Under the pieces are notes generated by a model that was not told the DNA's origin, searched no databases, and saw only the letters and a program-made list of their open reading frames with translations. DNA of 64,000 nucleotides from positions 736,001-800,000 of the forward strand of contig CAWCMR010000008.1 of NCBI GenBank assembly GCA_963796685.1, in the 5' to 3' direction. A program made the position numbers and the translations under genes. The DNA is from an uncultured delta proteobacterium (lineage in GTDB: Bacteria; Myxococcota_A; Polyangia; Fen-1088). This document shows positions 58,092 through 64,000 of this stretch, in pieces (within the stretch, counting starts at the first letter, position 1; every line of letters begins with the position of its first letter).

Positions 58092-59193
58092 CTAGCGCCG
58101 GCCGGCGCGCAACTTGGCGCGGACGAACCTGCCGCTGGCCGTGCAGCTCGTCCGCACCCCAGGTGGGGTAGCCTTCAGGACCCACGGTTTCGGGCACGAG
58201 CAGCGACTCGCGATCGGCAAGAGCGGTCTTGCCTTGCTTCATCAACGTGTAGAGGTCGACGAGCACCGCCGAGGTCTCGCTCTTGTCGCAAAAGGACCAG
58301 TTGACCCAGCTGATCCCATGACGATCCAAGAACGCCAGCCACGCTTCGGATTCGGGCAGGAACGTCCCCCCGGTGCCCGAGGCCTGGCTGGTGCCCCATT
58401 CCGAGGCGAACACGGCGACCCCTCGATCGATCGCGGCCTGCACCTTGTCGCGCAGGACTTGCCCGTGGGTCCCGGCGTAAAAGTGGAACGTGTAGAGCAG
58501 GTTCTTTCCCTGCAAGGGATCGGCCGCCGCGAGATCCACGTCCTGACTCCAGGTGGAAGAGCCGATCAGAATGGGGTTATCCGGATCGTTGGCGCGAATG
58601 GTGGCGACGATCTTCTCCGCGTACGGCTTGAGGTCAACGGACCAGGTGACAGGGCCGTTGGGCTCGCTCATGATCTCGTAAAGGACGTTGGGTATTTTGC
58701 CGTATCGCCGCGAGGCCTCGTCGAAGAAGGCCTGAGCGCCGCCGTAAAGCGGGTCATTGGGATTTCCCGGGGACAGCATCTGCCAATCGATGATGACGTA
58801 CATCCCGTATCGCACGGCCAGCTCGACGCCCTTCCAGACCAGTTGCTTGAGCTCGGGATGAAAGGCATAGCCCCCCTCGCCCGGATACATGGCAAGGCGG
58901 ACGACGTCTGCCTTCCAGTCCTTCGCCAGCGCCGCGAAGGCGGTATCGTTCACGATCCCGCCGTACCATTGCAGGCCCGCCGTGCTCATGCCTCGCAACT
59001 GAATCGGCTTGCCGGTGCTGTCGCACAGGTGGGTTCCAACCACCTGCAAGGGACCGTACCTCACCGGCAGGCTTGCCTGCACGGTCGACGATGCGGCTGG
59101 CTGCGCCGGCTTGGGTCGGGAAGTGGAAGCACAGGTTGCGCTGGCCAGCGCCAGGAGAGCGATGCCGCCGCGGAAAAGAGTCGTCATGACCAT
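58092..59193 (-). CDS. Glycoside hydrolase family 5 endoglucanase-like; +1 frameshift at about 58143 near the C-terminus
   Basis: QLRGMS..GLQWY, RLAMY, Y.IIDW, YEI..EP, HFYAGTH, SEWG, SW.NWS..DK.E; repaired end ELTASGRFVRAKL. Confidence 0.88.
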
Positions 59194-59262
59194 CGTTCCT
59201 AGCACGCACCTCGGCGGACCTAAAGAAGCGACAGCTGGCGCGGGCGGCGTGGTCGGGCGGCC

Positions 59263-60537
59263 CTACCGGTCTGCAAGCAAGCGTCGACGCTCGTCCTCGT
59301 CGAAAACGCGCACGACGCCGTATTCTCCGTCGAAGCCCGCCATGCGCTTCACCTCGCCCGCGCGCATGCGCCGCAAGGCCTCTCCGAGCAGCGGCGGCCC
59401 TACGCGCTCGGCGTCCTCGACCGGCCATTCCGTCAGCAGCGAGAGCTCGCTACCCACGCCGGCCAGCAGCTTGTCGTAGCTTCCGCGCACGCGCCCCGAC
59501 GAGGCGCCCACGTCCAGAATCTCGCCCAGCAGCTCGACCAAGGGCACCAGGTTGATGAAGGGCTTGGCACCGCCCGGACGGAAGCCCTCGGGCCAATCGG
59601 CGAGCGCATCCACGCGGCTGGCCACACCGCCGGTCAAGGGCTTGCCGCAGCGGGGACACAGGTGGCCGAGGGCCACGGCTTCGGCGGGCGCCAGGTTCAC
59701 GCCACAGGCGCGATGTCCTTCGTGGTGGTACTTGCCTTCTTCGGGAAAGAATTCCACGGTGCCGAGGAACTTGGGGCTGCGCTCGCGCAGGGCATCGCGC
59801 ATGGCGAAGTAGGACAGCTCGCAGTCGAAGCGGTTGGCCTCGCGGCCGAGCTTCTCGGGTGAATGGGCGTCCGAGCTCGACACCAGGCTGACCCGATCCA
59901 GCGCCGACAGCCGCCAGTTCATGGCCGGATCCGACGACAACCCGGTTTCGGCGGCGAAGATGTGCTCTGCCAGGTCGCCGAAGCATTCGTCCAGGGAATC
60001 GAAACCCGACTTCGCGCCGAGCGCGGAAAACCACGGCGTCCACACGTGCGCCGGGATCAGAAACGCGTCGGACGATGCTTCGAGCGTGATTTCGAGCAGG
60101 TCGCGCGAATCGAGGCCAAGGATGGGCCGGCCGTCGGATGCGATGTTCCCGATACGCGCCAAACGCGAGGCGATGCGCGCGGCGGTCTCGAAATCGGGCG
60201 CGTAGACAAGGTTGTGCACCTTGCGCACCCGATCGCCGCGCTTGTAGATGCTGCTGACCTCGACGGACAGGATGAAGCGCACGGGGGCGTGGCAGGCAGG
60301 CTGCACACCTTCGTCGACCTTGGCCGCCAAGTCGTCGCGCAGACGAAAAAGCCCGTTTCCCGCCGGCACCAGCTTGTCGCGCAATTCGGCGAACCAGTGC
60401 GGGTGGGTGAAGTCGCCGGTGGCGAGCACCGCGATGCCCTTGCGCTGGGACCAGGCGTGCAGGTGCTCCAAGTCGAGCGTGCGGCTGGTCGCGCGCGACA
60501 GGTAGGAATGGACGTGGAGATCCGCCACGAAGGGCAC
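59263..60537 (-). CDS. Endonuclease Q family protein (PHP domain plus Zn ribbon), stand-alone
   Basis: ADLHVHS..SRATS, TGDFTHP, DGRPILG, PAH.WTPWF, ETGLSSDP.MNW, SDAHS, GREA, GKYH..GHR.C, CP.CG..LT.GV, G.DGEYG. Confidence 0.85.
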   Translation of the reverse strand: MPFVADLHVHSYLSRATSRTLDLEHLHAWSQRKGIAVLATGDFTHPHWFAELRDKLVPAGNGLFRLRDDLAAKVDEGVQPACHAPVRFILSVEVSSIYKRGDRVRKVHNLVYAPDFETAARIASRLARIGNIASDGRPILGLDSRDLLEITLEASSDAFLIPAHVWTPWFSALGAKSGFDSLDECFGDLAEHIFAAETGLSSDPAMNWRLSALDRVSLVSSSDAHSPEKLGREANRFDCELSYFAMRDALRERSPKFLGTVEFFPEEGKYHHEGHRACGVNLAPAEAVALGHLCPRCGKPLTGGVASRVDALADWPEGFRPGGAKPFINLVPLVELLGEILDVGASSGRVRGSYDKLLAGVGSELSLLTEWPVEDAERVGPPLLGEALRRMRAGEVKRMAGFDGEYGVVRVFDEDERRRLLADR

Positions 60538-60558
60538 GAAGCCAATCTACCCTTATGA

Positions 60559-60634
60559 TGGTCGGGGCGGCCGGATTTGAACCGACGACATCCTGCTCCC
60601 AAAGCAGGCGCGCTACCAACTGCGCTACGCCCCG
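60559..60634 (-). tRNA. tRNA-Pro (TGG)
   Basis: CGGGGCGTAGCGCAGTTGGTAGCGCGCCTGCT-T-TGG-GAGCAGGATGTCGTCGGTTCAAATCCGGCCGCCCCGACCA; full cloverleaf with encoded CCA. Confidence 0.97.
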
Positions 60635-60712
60635 GATCCCGCCGAAGACCGGCGGGAGGGCGCAGATACTAGCAGAACCTATCGCCTTTGCTCACCCACC
60701 TGGTGCCAACTG

Positions 60713-61321
60713 TCACTTTTTCGACAAGACGTCCGGCAGGGCCTGGGCCAAAGCTCGAAAAGCCACGGCGCGATGGGAAAGGCGGTTCTTCTCGGCCAGG
60801 TCGATCTCGGCCATGGTGCGGCCCAGCGAGGGGATGAAGAACAGCGGGTCGTAGCCGAATCCGCCCGAGCCGCGCGCCTCCGTCAACAGAACGCCCTCGC
60901 ACGCGCCCGAGCGAACAAGCTCTCGGCCCCGCGCCCCATCTACGAAGGCGGCGGCGCAGCGGTAGCGGGCGGTTCGCTTTTCGGCGGGAACCTGCGCCAT
61001 CTCGCGCAGCATCTTCCGGTTGTTGCGATCGTCGTCGCAGGGCTCGCCAGCCCAGCGCGCGGAGCGCACGCCGGGCGCGCCGCCGAGCGCGTCCACCTCG
61101 ATGCCCGAGTCGTCGGCGATGGCGGGCAGGCCGCAGGCCAGGCTGGCCTGGCGGGCCTTGGCCAGGGCATTGCCTTCGAAGGTGTCTTCGTCCTCGATCA
61201 GCGCGGCGTCGGGCGCTACCTCGTCGATGGTGACGGCGGTGACGTCCAGGCCGGCTTCGGTCAGGAGCACGCCGATCTCTCGCACCTTGTGCCGGTTGCG
61301 AGTCGCCACCACCAGCTTCAC
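60713..61321 (-). CDS. rdgB: XTP/dITP diphosphatase (Ham1 family)
   Basis: [40 protein letters not shown]. Confidence 0.95.
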   Translation of the reverse strand: MKLVVATRNRHKVREIGVLLTEAGLDVTAVTIDEVAPDAALIEDEDTFEGNALAKARQASLACGLPAIADDSGIEVDALGGAPGVRSARWAGEPCDDDRNNRKMLREMAQVPAEKRTARYRCAAAFVDGARGRELVRSGACEGVLLTEARGSGGFGYDPLFFIPSLGRTMAEIDLAEKNRLSHRAVAFRALAQALPDVLSKK

Positions 61322-62031
61322 GGCAGGTTGGCCTCCGCCAACGCTTTCTGCTGAAGGGCGAACAATTCCTGGGCGCCCTTTTGGGCCAGGGCCACCAGGC
61401 GCTGGTAATCATCGGGCGAGAAAGGCTCACCCTCGGCCGTGCCCTGGATCTCGACGAAATGGCCGCCGTCGGTCAGCACGAAATTGAAATCGACGTCCGC
61501 CGAGGAGTCCTCGGCGTAGGCAAGATCCAGGCGCGGCTCGCCATCGACGATGCCCGTGGACACGGCGCACACCGCCCGGCGCAGGGGATCCTTCTTCAGG
61601 CTCTCCTTGGCCACGAGACGACGCACGGCCAGCGCCAGCGCCACCCATCCGCCGGTGATGGCCGCGGTCCGCGTGCCACCGTCGGCCTGGATGACGTCGC
61701 AGTCCACGGTGATCTGCCGCTCGCCCAGGTTCTTGGTGTTGATGGCCGCGCGCAGGGCCCGGCCGATGAGACGCTGGATCTCCTGACCCCGGCCGCCCGG
61801 ATTGCGCCCCGAGCGGGTGTGCGTCGAGCGCGGCAGCATGGCGTACTCGGCGGTGATCCATCCCTTGCCCTGCCCTTCCAGGAACGGCGGCACCTTGCGC
61901 TCGACACTGGCGGTGCAGATGAGCTTGGTCTCGCCGAACTCGACCAGCACGGATCCCTCGGCGTACCGGTTGTAGTCCGGGGTGATCCGGATCGGCCGCA
62001 ACTCGTCGGACTTTCGACCATCTGGGCGCAT
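61318..62031 (-). CDS. rph: Ribonuclease PH
   Basis: [46 protein letters not shown]. Confidence 0.97.
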   Translation of the reverse strand: MRPDGRKSDELRPIRITPDYNRYAEGSVLVEFGETKLICTASVERKVPPFLEGQGKGWITAEYAMLPRSTHTRSGRNPGGRGQEIQRLIGRALRAAINTKNLGERQITVDCDVIQADGGTRTAAITGGWVALALAVRRLVAKESLKKDPLRRAVCAVSTGIVDGEPRLDLAYAEDSSADVDFNFVLTDGGHFVEIQGTAEGEPFSPDDYQRLVALAQKGAQELFALQQKALAEANLP

Positions 62032-62218
62032 GGCCAGGCAGGATGGAAGGCGCCTGCCCGGCTGTCAACCGCGCCCGCAAAGATTTGTCCGCGCAGCCTT
62101 TCGATCTGCTAGCTTTGAGTCCTATTCGCGGCCTTCGCGCCGCGCTTCGAGTCTGGCTTTCTTCGCTTAGTCGAGTGGGAAGGCGCCTCGGGACGAGGCG
62201 TTTTCAGGTAAGAACACC

Positions 62219-63421
62219 ATGATGGACGAAGCAGACGCGCGACTCGGAACCAGGCTCGGCAACTACGCCCTCAGGGAAATCATCGGCCGTGGCGGCATGG
62301 GCGTGGTCTATCGCGCCTCGCACATCTACATCCGCCGACCAGCCGCAGTGAAGGTCCTGCATCGCCACCTCTTCGCCCAGCCCGGCGCCAAGGCGCGTTT
62401 CCTCCGCGAGGCGCAAACGGCCAGTCTGGTCGATCACCCCAACATCGTGGGCGTCACCGATTTCGGCGAAGCTCCGGACGGGACCGTGTACCTCGTGATG
62501 GCCGAAGCGCATGGCAAGGGGCTCGACCTGGTGCTGGAGGAAGAAGGCACCTTACCCCTGTTTCGCACCCTCGGGATCCTGAGCCAGGTGGTGCAGGCCC
62601 TGGCCGCCGTCCATGCCCGTGGCATCGTTCATCGCGATGTCAAGCCCGAGAACATCATGCTGGCTCGCCGGATCGGCAAGCGCGAGCTCGTGCGCCGCGT
62701 CCGCGGGAGCGACGGCTATGCCGATCGCGTCGAGCCCGAAGAGTGCTTCGACCTGGTCACCCTTCTCGATTTCGGCGCCGCGCGTACACTGCAACCGGAG
62801 CTCCAGGCGGCGACCGAGCCGACGCGAATCTTCGGCACGCCCGCGTACCTGGCGCCCGAGACGGCCCAAAGCGGCCATGCGGACGCGCGCTCGGAGGTCT
62901 ATTCCGTCGGAATCCTGTTCTACGAGCTCGTGACCGGACGGGTGCCATTCGACAGCGACAGCGCCGAGGAGACACTGAGCCTGCAGATCCGCTGCCCGCC
63001 GCAGCCACCACGCGTACGCAACCCGAATGTGGAAATCACGGAAGAGGCCGAGCGCGTGATCCTCCGCGCCCTTGAAAAGGATCCAGGTCGCCGCCAGTCC
63101 GGCATGGACGAGCTGTGGTCGGACCTGCAGCGATGCTACGGGGCCACACGCTGGAGTCGGCCCGATCTGGCCGCCACGGAGGGGTTCGAATCCCTGCGCG
63201 AGCCCGCGCAAGCACCGTCCTCGAGCGTGCGCCGGCAAAGCCAAGCGGTTCCCGAGGTGCCGGTGCCTGCCATCGCCACCCAGACCGCCATCGCCTCGCA
63301 CCCGTTGCTCCTTACCCGACGCAAGAGCGACCGGTTCGGGGCCGTGGTCAATCCCGAGGACGTTCCCACGCCCCCGCCTTCACGCCCCATCGACTTCGGC
63401 ACCTTTGCCAAGGCCAGATAG
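62219..63421 (+). CDS. Eukaryotic-like Ser/Thr protein kinase
   Basis: GRGGMGVVY, AVKVL, HRDVKPEN, DFG, GTPAYLAPE. Confidence 0.92.
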   Translation: MMDEADARLGTRLGNYALREIIGRGGMGVVYRASHIYIRRPAAVKVLHRHLFAQPGAKARFLREAQTASLVDHPNIVGVTDFGEAPDGTVYLVMAEAHGKGLDLVLEEEGTLPLFRTLGILSQVVQALAAVHARGIVHRDVKPENIMLARRIGKRELVRRVRGSDGYADRVEPEECFDLVTLLDFGAARTLQPELQAATEPTRIFGTPAYLAPETAQSGHADARSEVYSVGILFYELVTGRVPFDSDSAEETLSLQIRCPPQPPRVRNPNVEITEEAERVILRALEKDPGRRQSGMDELWSDLQRCYGATRWSRPDLAATEGFESLREPAQAPSSSVRRQSQAVPEVPVPAIATQTAIASHPLLLTRRKSDRFGAVVNPEDVPTPPPSRPIDFGTFAKAR

Positions 63422-63426
63422 TCAAA

Positions 63427-63792
63427 CTACGGTCCCTGACGAGGCATGCACTGGTGGTACGGGACGCCGCCCGGGGGAGCCACGATTTCACGGCACTCTT
63501 CCGTGCGCGGGCAGTCCGGATCCTCGGTACACGCCACGCCGACGGCCAGCCAGCCCCCTGCGGCGAACACCGCGATGGCGCCAAGCGCAGTAGTCGCCAT
63601 ACCGGCCGCGGCCACACTGCCGTGATGTTCATGATCGCCCACGACCCAGGCCGTGCCACCGGCGGCCAGTAGGCCAACACCCAGGGCGGCCAGGGTCTTG
63701 GGCCCCGCGTACGGCCGCGCGCAGCCTGCGCCCAGCAGACCGGCGACGGCCAGGCACAAGCACGCACGTTCGAAGAGACGACCCGAGCCCAT
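63427..63792 (-). CDS. Hypothetical lipoprotein/membrane protein with Cys-rich C-terminus
   Basis: LGAGC lipobox, two hydrophobic segments, C..D.DC...EEC....QC. Confidence 0.6.
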   Translation of the reverse strand: MGSGRLFERACLCLAVAGLLGAGCARPYAGPKTLAALGVGLLAAGGTAWVVGDHEHHGSVAAAGMATTALGAIAVFAAGGWLAVGVACTEDPDCPRTEECREIVAPPGGVPYHQCMPRQGP

Positions 63793-63893
63793 GGAATGGG
63801 CATTGTGCCACGACGGTCCGCGGCTGTCGCGGGCTGGCGATAAGTCGCCGCTTCTTGGAGCGCGGGCCGGGCCGACATATGCTGAAGCGGTCT

Positions 63894-64000
63894 ATGGCGA
63901 AGAGCACGACCCCTACGGTGAAAATTGGATCGCGTGGCCGCGCGCGCTTGGCCAGCGGCCATCCCTGGATCTACCGTCAGGACGTGGTGGCCGGTCCAGA
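63894..64000 (+). CDS. RlmI-like SAM-dependent rRNA methyltransferase (3' partial)
   Basis: MAKSTTPTVKIGSRGRARLASGHPWIYRQDV; GHPWIY is the PUA-domain start of the RlmI family. Confidence 0.7.
   Translation, partial: MAKSTTPTVKIGSRGRARLASGHPWIYRQDVVAGP

Noticed and set aside
60559-60634. tRNA as attachment site of a prophage or island
   Set aside because: No integrase, and I did not notice a duplicated tRNA 3' end within the window
62184-62204. Hairpin plus T-run upstream of the Ser/Thr kinase as an attenuator
   Set aside because: Short 7-bp stem in GC-rich DNA with no supporting leader features

Overview
High-GC (roughly 65-70% by eye) bacterial chromosomal window, most consistent with Myxococcota (Polyangia-like): it has a MYXO-CTERM-type tail, Cys-rich and Asp/Gly-rich lipoproteins, a eukaryotic-type Ser/Thr kinase and a sigma-54 promoter. 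It holds about 55 genes. Housekeeping and metabolic genes include tatBC, a 2-oxoacid dehydrogenase (E1beta-E2-E1alpha, with a separated E3), galE, ahpC-ahpF-ferritin, a DEAD-box helicase, and rph-rdgB-tRNA-Pro-endoQ. Accessory genes include three cellulase-family genes (GH9 remnant, GH6, GH5), two tandem-FKBP paralogs, a glycosylation cluster, a RelE/ParE toxin-antitoxin pair and several cytochrome c genes. No CRISPR array, rRNA, transposase or integrase was seen. Best candidates for something new: (1) a compact operon of triheme c7-type cytochrome, outer-membrane barrel and monoheme lipoprotein next to a PhoB-like regulator, preceded by a compositionally anomalous ~0.6 kb segment; (2) a ~290-nt nested inverted-repeat leader in front of the GH6 cellulase; (3) endoQ directly behind rph-rdgB-tRNA; (4) attC-like half sites around the TA pair. 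Six single-base frameshifts (probably sequencing errors, four in the same GCA context) and several gene remnants with large deletions limit confidence in pseudogene calls. All family assignments come from motif recognition by eye; no database searches were run.
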